Shown: positions 1 to 12,165, numbered from the stretch's first letter. The stretch: 64,000 bases of DNA from an uncultured bacterium (GCA_963695095.1 CAVOFT010000001.1:2816001-2880000), one strand, 5' to 3'. Notes: a model not told the origin generated them from the letters alone. Numbers and translations are program-made.

Positions 1-1335
1 GACGGCCGCAGGGTCGACGGCATCTACTTCGACAACGCCGCCTCCACCAAGCCCTTCGCCGAGGTGAGCGCCTTCCTCAAGTCCATCGAGCCCTACTACT
101 CGAACATCCATCGCGGCACGGGCTTCGACTCCATCTACTGCACGCACCTCTATGAAGAGGCGCGGCGCATCATCCTCGCCTTCGTGGGTGGCGCGCCGGG
201 CCGGCAGATCGTCATCCCCGTGCGCAACACCACCGAGGGCCTCAACCTGCTCGCGATGACCATGGACTTCGATCGTACGCGCGACGTGGTGATCACCAGC
301 ATCCTCGAGCACCACAGCAACGACCTGCCCTGGCGCGGCAAGGCCAGGGTGGAGTACCTGCCCGCCGATGGCGAAGGCCAGCTGGACCTGGACGACCTCG
401 AATCCCGGCTCAAGGCGCACGGCGGGGCCGTGAAGCTGGTGGCCGTCACCGGCGCGAGCAACGTGGTCGGCACGGTGACGCCCATTCACGCCATGGCCGA
501 GCTCGCCCACGCCCACGGCGCCAAGATCTGCGTGGACGCCGCGCAGCTGCTCCCCCACCGCGCAGTGGACATGCGGCCCGAGGGAGACCCGGGCCACCTG
601 GACTTCCTCGTCTTCAGCGCGCACAAGCTGAACTCGCCCTACGGCGAGGGCGCCGTGATCGGCGACTACAGCCACTTCCAGGCCGCGGCGCCCTACCTGC
701 AGGGCGGCGGCACCGTCTACTCGGTGAGCCTGGACCACGTGATCTGGGCCGATCCACCGGACAAGCAGGAGGCGGGCACGCCGAACATCTTCGGCATGCT
801 GGCCATGGCCAAGGCCCTGCAGATCATGGCCCGCTTCGGCATGGACGACCTCGTGGCTCACGAGCAGGCCCTCACGCGGCGGCTGCTCGAGGGCATCCGC
901 GAGATTCCGCGCATCGCCGTCTACGGCAAGACGGACCCCGATGACCTCGCCGATCGCCTCGGCGTGGTCAGCTTCACCGTGGCCGGCCTCCATCACGCGC
1001 AGGTGGCGGCGATTCTCAGCTACGAGGGCGGCATCTGCGTGCGCAATGGCTGCTTCTGCGCGCACCCGCTGATCAAGCATTTGCTCAACGTGAGTCCCGA
1101 GCAGGAGGCCGACTTCGAGGCCGCCATTCGCGCGGGCGACCGGAGCGCCGTCCCCGGCGCCGTGCGCGCGAGCATCGGCCTGCACAACCGGCTCTGGGAA
1201 GTGGAGCACCTGCTGGCCATGCTGCGCCTCATCGCCGAGGAGCGCTGGCAGGGCGACTACCGGCTCGACCCCGCGACCGGGGAGTTCCGCCCCCACGGCT
1301 ATCGATTTGATTTCAGCGACTTGCCCGGATTCTAG
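1..1335 (+). CDS. Class V PLP aminotransferase, cysteine desulfurase (SufS-like); 5' end truncated by the window
   Basis: Frame is open from base 1 (IYFDNAAST). Motifs YSNIHRG, NTTEGLN, EHHSNDLPW, DAAQ, FSAHK (PLP lysine), EAGTPN and RNGCFCAHP (catalytic Cys loop). Confidence 0.85.
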   Translation, partial: DGRRVDGIYFDNAASTKPFAEVSAFLKSIEPYYSNIHRGTGFDSIYCTHLYEEARRIILAFVGGAPGRQIVIPVRNTTEGLNLLAMTMDFDRTRDVVITSILEHHSNDLPWRGKARVEYLPADGEGQLDLDDLESRLKAHGGAVKLVAVTGASNVVGTVTPIHAMAELAHAHGAKICVDAAQLLPHRAVDMRPEGDPGHLDFLVFSAHKLNSPYGEGAVIGDYSHFQAAAPYLQGGGTVYSVSLDHVIWADPPDKQEAGTPNIFGMLAMAKALQIMARFGMDDLVAHEQALTRRLLEGIREIPRIAVYGKTDPDDLADRLGVVSFTVAGLHHAQVAAILSYEGGICVRNGCFCAHPLIKHLLNVSPEQEADFEAAIRAGDRSAVPGAVRASIGLHNRLWEVEHLLAMLRLIAEERWQGDYRLDPATGEFRPHGYRFDFSDLPGF

Positions 1336-1575
1336 GCTTCCGATTCAGGCTGCCGGCCGGCCGGCGCGGTCCTCGGATTGCCGAGCGATTTTCCTCCAAT
1401 ACAAGAATGCGATTCGACCCTGTAGCACAGAAGTTACAGATTTCCAGCTTTGCAACCGCCAAGATTGTAACGGGTTTCCATAACAGCTATACTCGGCCGG
1501 TTCCTGTCCTGCGCGCACGGCTGGCACCGTGGCGCGCGCATCCGATCAGGGTAGCTCAGCCACCGGGGGGTCGGC

Positions 1576-4500
1576 ATGTTCAGCGCCAAGCGGTGCTTCC
1601 CATTCATTGTTATTCTCGCTCTCAACCTCGCGCTCGCCGCCGGCAGCCTGGCCGCCACCTGGACCGTACCCGGCGACTTCGCGACGATCCAGGCCGCCAT
1701 CGACGGCGCGGCCGCGGGCGACCTCATCAACGTGGCCGCCGGCCACTACGAGGAACAGCTCCACATCGCGAAGAGCAATCTGACGATCGCCGGCGCCGGG
1801 GTCGGCCAGACCTTCATCGATTCCCCGGCCAGCCTGGCGCTCTTCTACACGACCAGCGAGCCCAACTACCCGATCGTCTACATCGAGCACTGCTCCGGGG
1901 TCCTGCTGCAGCAGCTCACCGTGGACGGCCTCGGCCGCGGCAACGCCAACTACCGCTTCCAGGGCGTGGCCTTCCACAACGCGGGCGGCACGCTGAGCAA
2001 CGTGAACGTCGACAACATCATGGACACCCCCTTCAGCGGGGCCCAGCACGGCGTCGGCGTCTTTGCCTACAAGGACAACCTCGTCGCCCGCACGATCACC
2101 CTCACCCAGGTCACGGTGAACGACTTCCAGAAGACCGGCGTCGTCATCGCCGGCGAGGAAGTCCATGCCACGCTCACCAGCGTGGCCACCTACGGCCAGG
2201 GCCCGACGAGCGTGACCGCGCAGAACGGCATCCAGGCCAGCTACGGCGCCACGGTCAGCGCCACGAACTGCACGGTGGCCGACATCGACTACCTCGGCAC
2301 GAGCTGGGCCGCCTCCGGCTACCTGGGCTACCAGGCCGAGAGCTTCGAGCTGACCGGCTGCACGGCCGACGCCTGCATGGTCGGCCTCTACATGCAGGAC
2401 ACGAGCGGCAGCTTCAGCGCGGGCGGCGTCACGAATCCCACGCTGGACGGCCTCTACGTCTACGAGACCGGCGCCGGCCCGGCGCCCCAGCCTCTTCTCG
2501 GCAAGCTGCCCCTGCCCGCGCAGATCCTCACCGAGAACCTCAGCTACCAGCGCCGCGGCACCGTGAGCTTCAGCGTGGACGCGAGCAGCTTCGTCGGCGT
2601 GGACCTCGTCGACAGCTGGGGCGTGGCGGCCTTCGGCTCCGGCACGGTCGGCCTCACGGTGAGCAACTGCCTCGTCTCCCACTGGGACTACGGCGTGCTC
2701 GCCTACGACTACGGCGGGGCCAGCATCACGACGACGGTGAACAACAACCGCCTGCTGGACAACCTGAGCCTCGGCATGTACGCGAACACGCCCAACGTCC
2801 AGAACGCGACCCGCAACTGGTGGGGCGACACGGATCCCAGCGATCAGGTGGGCGAAGCCGGCCTCGTGGACTTCAGCCCCTGGTGGAACGCGCCGCCCGG
2901 CACCAGCCCGATGCCCCTGGGCACGAACGACTCGATCCAGGCCGCGATCAACCTGGCCACCCCCGGGGCCACGATCAGCGTCGCGGCGGGCAGCTACGAA
3001 GAGCAGCTCGACATCGCCAAGAACCTGACGATCCAGGGCGCGGGCGAGGCCCTGACGACCGTGCTTTCCCCGTCCACGCTGCCGCTCTTCTTCACGACCG
3101 GCGCCGACAACCACCCCGTGGTCTATGTCCACGACGCCGAAGTGCATTTGAGCGCGCTCACCGTGGATGGCGCCGGGCGCGGCAACGGCAACGCCCGTTT
3201 CATGGGCATCGCCTTCTGGAACGCGGACGGCTCGCTCACGGACATCACCGTGACCGGCGTGCGCGAGACCCCCTTCAGCGGCGCGCAGCATGGCGTGGCG
3301 GTCTACGCCTACAACGATACGGGCGGGCCCTACGCCATCGCCTGCACGGACCTCACCGCGCTCGACTACCAGAAGAACGGCGTCACCTTGCTGGGCGCCG
3401 GCCTCGACGTGGACTTGCTGCGCGTGAGCTGCGCGGGCGCCGGCGCGTCGGGCGTCATCGCCCAGAACGGCATCGAGCTGGGCGATGGCGCCGCGGCGAC
3501 GCTCACCGATTGCGCGACCAGCGGCCACCACTGGACCGGCGCGAGCTGGACCTCGGCAGGGCTCTTGCTCATCGACGCCTCCCCGGTAGTCGCCACCGGC
3601 TTCGCCTCCAGCGAGGATCAGGTCTGCGTCTACGCCTATGACAGCGACCTGGAGCTCGACGGCGCCACGCTGCTGCACACGGGGAGCGACCCCGCCTACG
3701 ATGGCATCACGATGTGGAGCAGCAGCGACTACCCCGGCCCCGGCCAGCCGCGCGTGTTGCCGCAGCCTCTGAGCGAAATCGCGGCCGGCGGCGGGCGCGC
3801 CGCCATGGCCGTGACCATCACGAACAGCACGCTCACCGGCCAGAACCGGCCAGGCAGCTGGGGCGTGGATGCCTACGCCGAGAACGATCCCATCGCCTTC
3901 ACGATGCACGGCTCGACGATCACGGGCTTCGAGACCGGCGCCTGGCTCGAGGAGGCCGGCAGCACGCTCACGGCCGACCTCACGGGCAACGAGATCTACG
4001 GCAACGGCGACGGCGCCTGGTCCAACACCGCCACGCCGGCGGACGCGCGCCAGTGCTGGTGGGGCCATCACACGGGGCCCTTCCACGCCACCCTGAACAC
4101 GGTGGGCCAGGGCAACGCGGTGAGCGACAACGTCCTCTTCGACCCCTGGGCCGGCATGGCCGCGCTCTCGCTGACGCCGCCGGCGAGCGGGCCCATCACC
4201 TGCAGCCAGACGCAGCCTGCTCACCGTGCACTACGCGCCGGATTCGCTGACCCCGCCCTTGCGCGGCTACGAGATCACGCTGGACGCGAGTGACGAGCTG
4301 AGCTTCGGCACCGGCGACATCGTCGACCTGGGCGCGCTCGACGGCCTGGGCATGGGCCGACTACTTCGACGTGGTCGACAATCTCGACGGCACGATCACG
4401 GTGTCGGCGGCCATCCTCGGCGCCACGGCGGGGCTCACCAGCGCCGACGGACCTCTTCACGGTCACGGTGCACGGCGCGCAGACGGGCGCGGGCAGCCTG

Positions 4501-6741
4501 GACGTCATCGACTACAAGCTGCGCGATCTCGACAATGCCGACTTCTACGCGACGCTCGCGGGCGCGACGGTGGACGTGGACTGCACGCCGCCGGATGTGC
4601 CCGGACTCGACCCGGAGCCGGCCTACACCCAGGGCACCGAGAACACGCTGTACTGGAGCGACATGGCGGCCAGCGGCGCCATCGGGTATCTCATCGAGCG
4701 GGCCGAGGACGCGGCCTTCACGCTCGGCCTCGCCGACAGCGGCTGGATTCCGGGCACGGATCACACGTTCACGGGGCTCGCAGACGGCCAGATCTACCAC
4801 TACCGCGTCAAGACCCGCGACGCGCTGCTGAACGAGTCCGCCTGGTCGGCGAGCGAGTTCTCCACCCAGGACGACACCGCGCCGGACACCAGCGTCGACG
4901 CCCTCGGCACCTATCAGGGCGCTGCCACCTGGGACGTGGCCTACACGGCCAGCGATGCCACCAGCGGCGTAGCCACCGTGGAGCTGTTCTACCAGTTCGA
5001 TGGCGGCGGCTGGCAATCGCTGGGCCTGGTCGGCGCGAGCCCGGTGAGCTTCACGGCGCCCGACGGCGACGGCCTCTACGGCTTCTACACCGTGGGCACG
5101 GACGGCGTGGGCAACGCGGAGACGGCGCCCGGCGCGGCCGATGCCGAGACCACCCTGGACACGACGCCGCCGGCGGGCAGCTTCGCGATCAATGCCGCGG
5201 CCGCCTACACGAACAGCCTGGCCGTTGCGCTGAACAGCGGCGTCTCGGATCTGCACCCGCCGCTGGAGATGCGCTTCAGCAATGACGGCAGCAACTGGGA
5301 CCCCTGGCTGGCCTACGCGGCTAGCGCCGCCTGGAACCTGACGGCGGGCGCCGACGGGCCGCGCACGGTCTGGGCCGAGTACCGCGACACGGTCGGTAAC
5401 GTTTTCGCCGTGCAGGACGACATCGTCTACGACGCCACGGCGCCGGGCGGCATCGGCGGCCTCGCGCTGGAGACCGGCCACCACAAGGTGACCGTGACCT
5501 GGTCCGACCCGGGCGATGCGGATCTCAGCTTCCTCGAGGTCTATCGCGGCGTTTGGCACGACGGCGCCAATGTCTCGGCCTACCCCGAGTACGACGACAT
5601 CGCGGGCAACAGCATGCCGACCCGGCCGGCGGATCGGGCCGCGGCCGATGCCAGCCCCGAGTGGGAGCTGGCCGGCACGGCCTTGCCCGGCGACGAGCTC
5701 TTCGTGGACACGGGCGCGCCCCGCGGCGTCTACGTCTACCAGGTCTTCGCCGTGGACGTGGCCCTGAACTACGGCCCGGCCCAGGCCGGTCCGGCCTACC
5801 TCCCCACGGACGGCGTGGCCAACTACTGGCTGGGCGACGTGGACGACTACGGCACCGGCGACGGCGACTACGACGGCCTCGTCAACATCGGCGACATCAC
5901 GGTGATGGCCGCGACCTTCGGCCTCTGCGACGGCGCGGGCCTCTACAACAACGAGGTGGACGTCGGGCCCACCAGCGACAACAGCGTGCTGGGCATCCCG
6001 ACGACGGACAGCTGCATCGACTTCGAGGACCTGATCATCATCGCCATCAACTACGGCATGGTGGCGCCGCTGGCGACGCCGCCGGCGGGGTCGGGCCAGC
6101 CCACCTTCAGCTGGTACCGCATCGACGAGAGCACCTGGGGCTTCGGCTTGCTCGAAGCCGGTGCCGATCTGCAGGGCTTGCGCCTGAGCGCCGCGCTGCC
6201 TGCCGGCGTGACCCCGCAGGTCACGGCCGGGCGGGCGCTGCTGGATGCGGGTCCTTACTTCTTGGCGAACATCGACGCCCAGGGCTTCGATGCGAGCCTG
6301 GCGCTCCTGGGCACGGGTCGCGCGTTCACGGCAGCCGGCGAACTCCTGCGCGTGACCCTGCCCATGGGCGTTGAGCCCGGCGAGCTCTCGATCGCGGCGC
6401 GCAGCACGCGCAATGCGGCCATCGAGTTCGCGCTGGACGACACGGCGATTCCTGAACTGCCCGCGGCCTACCGCGTGGCCCAGAACTACCCGAATCCCTT
6501 CAATCCCAAGACGGAGATCCGCTTCGATCTGCCCGAGGCGCAGATGGCGCGGGTGGCCGTCTACGGTGCGGACGGCCGGTTCGTGAGGCTGCTCCTCGAC
6601 GAGCTGCGCCCCGCGGGCTTCCACCGGGTGGTCTGGGACGGCAGGGACAGCCGCGGCGATCAGGTCGCCTCCGGCGTCTACTTCTTCAGCGTGCAGGCAG
6701 GCCCGCTCAGCGAGACCCGCAAGATGCTGCTGCTGAAGTAG
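1576..6741 (+). CDS. Large secreted protein (~1700 aa when reconstructed): signal peptide, two pectin-lyase-like beta-helix modules, cohesin-like domain, FN3/Ig domains, dockerin-like EF-hand pair, FlgD-Ig C-terminal domain; about 3 apparent frameshifts at ~4213-4460
   Basis: ORF pieces 1576-~4213, 4226-~4355, ~4360-4450 and ~4450-6741 join into one coherent protein. VPGDFATIQAAID start, NWWG helix caps, QNYPNPFNP...WDGRD..G..VASGVYF...KMLLLK tail. Confidence 0.8.
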
Positions 6742-6749
6742 CTGCTTCC

Positions 6750-6790
6750 GGCCGCGGACCCCGCTCTGCAGGCGGGGTCTGCGGCCTTTT
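6750..6790 (+). terminator. Rho-independent terminator-like hairpin
   Basis: ggccgcggaccccgc...gcggggtctgcggcc followed by tttt, just after the stop at 6741. Confidence 0.75.
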
Positions 6791-6874
6791 CGTGTTCCTG
6801 GGGTGAGAGAGCAAGCATGGGCGAAGCCCCCTCGGGGCTTCGTGTGGTGGTGGACTCACTCAAGGGGAGAAACG

Positions 6875-9800
6875 ATGAAGACGAGGCTTACCCTCAGTGT
6901 TCTTCTGATCGCGCTGCTGGCCTGGCCGGCACTGGCGGCACCGCCGCTGGACCGTCCGGGACCGGCGAGCCATGACGCCCTCAGCCTCACCGGCCGGAGT
7001 ACGGCCGCGAGCACGGCTGTTCAGCCAGTTTACCTCGATCGCGGCGTCGTATCGGATGCCTACCTCTTCGGGGCCGACCGGCTGGAGGCGCTCCAGAACG
7101 ATGACGGCGGCTGGGACTGGGAGCTCGACGATGGCAATCCTGCCAATGTCAGCCCGTTGAACACGATCGGTCCGATCGGCAAGGGCTTGGCAAGGGCCTA
7201 TCTGCATACTCTCGACGGGGACCACCTGGCCGCGCTCGCGCAGACCGGCACCCTGCTCCTGAGCAAGACCAACAACTTCTCGCCCTCGGACGGCTACCTG
7301 GCCGCGCAGCTCGACGCCATCTTCGGCGGCACGACCTACGTGGACCATATGACTGCGAGTTTCTATGACTTCCTGGCCGCCGGCACCTACAACCGGAATG
7401 GCCTCGGCACGCTCTACACGACAGCCGCCTATGTCCAGCTCATCCGCGACAGCCGGACGGGCAGTCAGGCAAACTTGGCTGCCTGGGATTTCGGCATGGG
7501 CCTGGTTGGCGCTCTCGCGGCCGGCGCGCCTACCGCAGCCTGGATCGCCGGCGTCGAGGCCGAGATCGATGAGCTGGACGGCGCTGACTCCTACGACGTC
7601 ATCGGCCTTGCGGGCGCTCTTTATGGCCTCGCTGCCGCCGGCGTCGAGTTCGATCCCACGGCGGGCGAGCATGCCGCCGCATCGAGCCTGGCCGACCTCG
7701 CCGCGATCCTGGCGAGCTACCAGATCGACCTCGGCGGCTTCGCCTGGAACTCCGACTACGTGATCCCCAACGACAGCAACGAGACCATCCAGGAGACGGC
7801 CTACGCGATCCTGGCCCTTGCGGAGGTCGCACGCCCAGAGGACGCCGACAACATCTTCGGAGCCAGCGTCTACCTGCTGAGCGTCCAGCTTGCCACGGGT
7901 GGCTGGGAGAACTACCCCACCAGTGGCGAGAACAACGAAGTCACCGCCGAGGCGCTCTGGGGCCTCGATGCGGCGGGCGCGGAGATCAGCGAAGTCTGGG
8001 TCGACGACGACTTCACCAGCGCCACACCCGGCTGGGGCATCACCCACTTCGCCAGCATTCAGGACGGCATCGATGCGGTGGACGGCAGCACAGTGCATGT
8101 CGCTGCCGGCACCTATGAAGAGCAACTCAACATTGACAAGGTCATCGAGATCGCAGGCGCAGGCAAGGCATTGACCACCATCCTTTCGCCGGTGACCTTG
8201 ACTGATTACTACACGACAAGCGCCGACAACTACCCTGTGGTTTTCGTGCATGACACCGACGGGGTGAACATCCACGATCTCACCGTGGATGGCGCCGGTC
8301 GCGGCAATGCAAACTATCGTTTCATGGGCGTTGCCTTCTACAATGCCGGAGGCACGCTGCAGGACTGCGATGTTGTCGGCATCGAAGACACTCCCTTCAG
8401 CGGCAGCCAGCACGGAAACGCCATCTACGCATGGGACGATATCGCCCCGGCGCACACCGTGAACGTAATCGATTGCGCGGTGAGCGACTTCCAGAAGAAC
8501 GGCATCACCCTGAATGGCTCGCAGTGCACGGGGCATGTCGAGGGTTGTACGGTGACGGGCAAGGGCCCGACGCCCATCACTGCCCAGAACGGCATTCAAC
8601 TCGCCTACGGCGTGACTGCAGCCGTACTCGACTGCGACGTCATGGGCCTCAACTACACCGGCGGCGGCTATGCGGCTGCGGGCATCCTGATCTATCAATC
8701 TCCGTCGGTCACGCTCTCCGGTGACTGGACGGCCACCGACAACTACGTCGGCATCCTCTGTGAGGATAGCAATGCCGACATCAGCGGCGGCTTCATCTCC
8801 AACCAGGACCCCGACAGCTGGGACGGAATCTACGCGCGCAACTTCGGCACTCGCTCCAGCGGCCATGATGGTCGCGGCAGCGCCTCTCCCGTCGAGGAGG
8901 CGAGCAGCTACCAGCCTGGGCGTGCCAATCAGAGCGTGAGCATCTCCGGCGTGACCATTGACGGTCATGATCGTGCGGATAGCTGGGGCATCAACCTGTA
9001 CGCTGCCAGCGAGCAACTCGACGTCGAGATCCAGAACGTCCAGGTAACGGACTTCGACATCGGCATCCGCGCCGTGGAGAATGGCGGCACGGTCACCAGC
9101 AGCACGGGGCAGAGCGTGATCGCCAGCAATGGCACCTTCGGCTTCTATGCCAGCGGCCTGACCTTCCAGGAGGCCACCGGCAACTGGTGGGGTGATGTCA
9201 CGGGACCTTACCACGCCACTAGCAACGCGGGCGGGCTTGCGAATCCCGTCAGCGACTTCGTTGACTTCGACCCCTGGCTCGGCGGCAACGTGGTCTTCGA
9301 CCCGGATCCGCAGGTGATCAACCTGGACGACGCCCCCGGCTACGCGGGCGAGGTGGTGCTGAGCTACCTGGGCGGCGGCTCGGGGCTGGTCTACGGCTAC
9401 TCGATCGACATCGTCTGGGATCCGGCGGTGATCACCAGCGTGGTCGTGGACCTGCCCGACACGGGTCCCTTCGCGATTGCGCCTGTCGTCGGCAGCACTG
9501 CGATCACGAACGGCCGGCGCTTCGACGCTGCGCTCGGCAACACGTCGATCGGGACGAGCATGGCCCCGTTGCTAAAGATCACCTATGTGGCCAACGGCAG
9601 CTTGGACGATGCCGAGTCACCCCTGACGCTCACGCTCAACAATTTCCGCGGCTACCCGAATCAGCCCCTCACCGGCTTCGTCGGAGATGACGGGTTGGTT
9701 ATCGTGGATATCGTGGCGCCTTCCGTGACGGGCGTTGCCATCGTGAACGACACCGTCAGCCCCGTTACCGGTTCGAACGACTTCGTGAAGGACACGGACA

Positions 9801-11313
9801 ACCTCACGGTGACGGCGACGGTCAGCGATGGTAGCGTGCTCACGGCCGCCAACATCAAGGCCGACCTTTCGGACCTTGGTGGCGGCGCGGCGGTCACTCC
9901 GGCGACCTACCTTGGCAACGTGGCAACCTGGAGCATCGCCTCCGCTGCCTGCACGCCTGCCGATGGGGCCCTGAGCGTGGTGGTGACGGTCACCGATCCC
10001 AGCGACAATGTTTCGATGGCCAGCGATGGCATCACGGCCGACAACACACTGCCGACCGTGGTCAGTGGCCTCGTCGTGACGCCGGGACACAACGAAGTCA
10101 ATGCCGTCTGGAACGAGGCCTCCGGTAATGATCTCAACTACTACCGGACCCTGCTCATGACGACGACCTGGGGCGACTATCCCCACTACGCGACGGCGGC
10201 TCCGGCCTATCCCGGCGCCGGGGCGCTCCCCGCCGCCTGGTCAGGCACCGGCACGACGACGACCCTCGCCTACGCGGCTGACGGCAGCGCGCGCGACCTC
10301 GTCTACGTCGGCGCCTTCGTCGTGGACATGGCCCTCAACTTCAGCGCTGCCGACGCGGGCGGTCAGGACCGGGCCACGAACTACTGGCTCGGCGATGTCC
10401 AGCCCGTCAGCTCGCCCCTGGGCGATGGCGACGTGGACGCCCTGGATGTCTCTCAGCTGGGCACAAGCTATGGCCTGGCGGAAGGCGCCGGAGGCTTCAA
10501 CGCCCACTGCGACGTCGGTCCCGACGGACGACTGGAGCGGCACGCGGCGTCCCCGCGCACCGACAACCTCGTCGGCTTCGAGGATCTGATGATCTTCGCG
10601 CTGAACTACGGCGACGTCGGCCCGCGCCGCGTTGCCCAGGGCAGCGAGATCGCGCAGCTCGAGCTGGTTCGCAGACGGCAGGACGGCGATTGGAGCCTCG
10701 TGCTCACCGAGCCCTGCGCCAACCTGAAGGCCCTGCACCTGACGGCCGCGCTGCCCGCGGGCGTCAAGGCCGATGCTGATCCCGGGCGGCAGCTGCTCGA
10801 GCAGCAGGCCGGCCCGGTCTTCCTGCAGCAGATTCCCGGCCAGGGCCTGGATGTGAGCCTCGCGTTCTCGGCCGATGCGGCCTGGTCATCTCGCGGCCAG
10901 GGCGCTGCTCTTCAGCGTGCGCCTGCCGGCGGGGGTCACTCCCGGCGACATCGAGCTCGGCGATCGCGATGCGGCGAATGCCGCTCAGCTCGGCCTTCGA
11001 GCTCGAGCGAGACCACCGACGTGGCCGACCTGCCCACGGTCTACCGTCTCGCGGGCAACTACCCCAACCCCTTCAACCCGAAGACCGCGATCAGCTTCGA
11101 TCTGCCCGAAGTCGCAGTTCGTGACGCTGGCGGTCTTCGGCGCCGACGGCCGGCGCATCGCCACCCTGCTCGACGAGCGGATGGCGGCCGGCCGTCACAG
11201 CGCGATCTGGGACGGCCGCGACGACACGGCAAGCCGGTCGCCACGGGTGTCTACTTCGCGCGCATCGAGGCGGGTCCGCTCGCGGAGACCCACAAGATGC
11301 TGCTCTGAAGTAG
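6875..11313 (+). CDS. Large secreted protein: signal peptide, alpha/alpha-toroid (prenyltransferase/squalene-cyclase QW-like repeats), beta-helix, cohesin-like, Ig, dockerin-like and FlgD-Ig domains; indels in the 3' part
   Basis: RBS ggggaga then ATG at 6875. LQNDDGGW, YQIDLGGFAW and VQLATGGW repeats. Beta-helix paralogous to gene 1576. NYWLGDV...FEDLMIFALNYG; GNYPNPFNP. The true end is probably ...LK-TAG at 11311-11313 after an indel. Confidence 0.8.
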
Positions 11314-11337
11314 CGTGCCGGTACACTACTAGTCCCG

Positions 11338-11363
11338 AGGGGGGCCGGCTACGGCCCCCCTCC
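11338..11363 (+). terminator. GC-rich intergenic hairpin without a U-tract
   Basis: gaggggggccg-gcta-cggcccccctc. Confidence 0.55.
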
Positions 11364-11381
11364 ATCGTCCAGGAGATCGCC

Positions 11382-12165
11382 ATGCGCCGTCTCCTCTTCG
11401 CCTCGCTGCTTGATCCTCTGGCGCCACGGCCAGCCAGGCCAAGCGTCGAGCTGCGCTTCGATCCTGCCGACCAGCACGTCGACCACCGGCGCGAACGGCA
11501 CGCTCTCGGTCATGGTCGACGATGCGCTGGACATCCGCACGATCGAGCTCACCGTCACCTACGACCCAGCCATCCTCACCAGCCTCGCCGGCATCCCCGG
11601 GCAGCTCTTGACCGCTCGGGCTGCTCGCTGTTCCACGACTTCCAGCATGGCACGGCCGGCCAGTGGTATGGCGCCTGCGTGGCGCTCGGCTTCGACTGCT
11701 GGGTGACCGGCCCCGGCGAGCTCTATCGCTGGACCTTCAACGGCGACGCATCCCGGCACCAGCCCCATCGACGGTCGTCGCAGGTGCGTCTCTACGATCC
11801 CGCAGGCGAACATCATCGCGGACGTCACCCTGCCCGGCACGACGGTGCTCGTCGGCGAGGGCACGGCGAGCCCGCCGCCGCCGGCGCCGGGCCTCGAGCT
11901 GGGCATCGCGCCCAACCCCTTCAATCCGGGCTGCCGGATCACGCTCGCCGCCTCGGCGCCCGGCCCCGCCAGCCTCGAGGTCTTCGACCTCGCCGGTCAT
12001 CGCGTGGCAAGGCCCTGGCAGGGCATCCTGGACGCGGGAGCTACGAGTCTCGACTGGCAGGCCGTCGACAGCGCCGGCCGCCCGCTGGCCAGCGGTGTCT
12101 ACCTTTTCCGCCTCACGGACGCCGCCGGCCGCTCCCTCACCCGCCGGGGCACCCTGCTCAAGTAA
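11382..12165 (+). CDS. Small secreted cohesin-like plus FlgD-Ig protein, frameshifted
   Basis: aggag RBS then ATG (MRRLLFASLL). Fragments IRTIELTVTYDPAIL and GPGELYRWTFNG, then APNPFNP...LASGVYLFRL...TLLK, lie in different frames. Confidence 0.65.

Noticed and set aside
1..1335. Selenocysteine lyase / selenoprotein locus
   Set aside because: No in-frame UGA at catalytic Cys positions was noticed in the window's redox genes, and no sel genes are present.
1521..1540. TGGCAC as a sigma54 -24 element
   Set aside because: No correctly spaced TTGC -12 element follows.
4200..4470. Programmed frameshifting or phase variation in the giant gene
   Set aside because: No slippery heptamer or long homopolymer; several indels close together fit sequencing error.
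1407..9214. Long antisense and alternative-frame ORFs over the giant genes (and similar ORFs at 19599-21641, 55195-57912 and 60398-63328)
   Set aside because: Arg/Ala/Gly-rich with no motifs; expected from strong G/C third-position bias.
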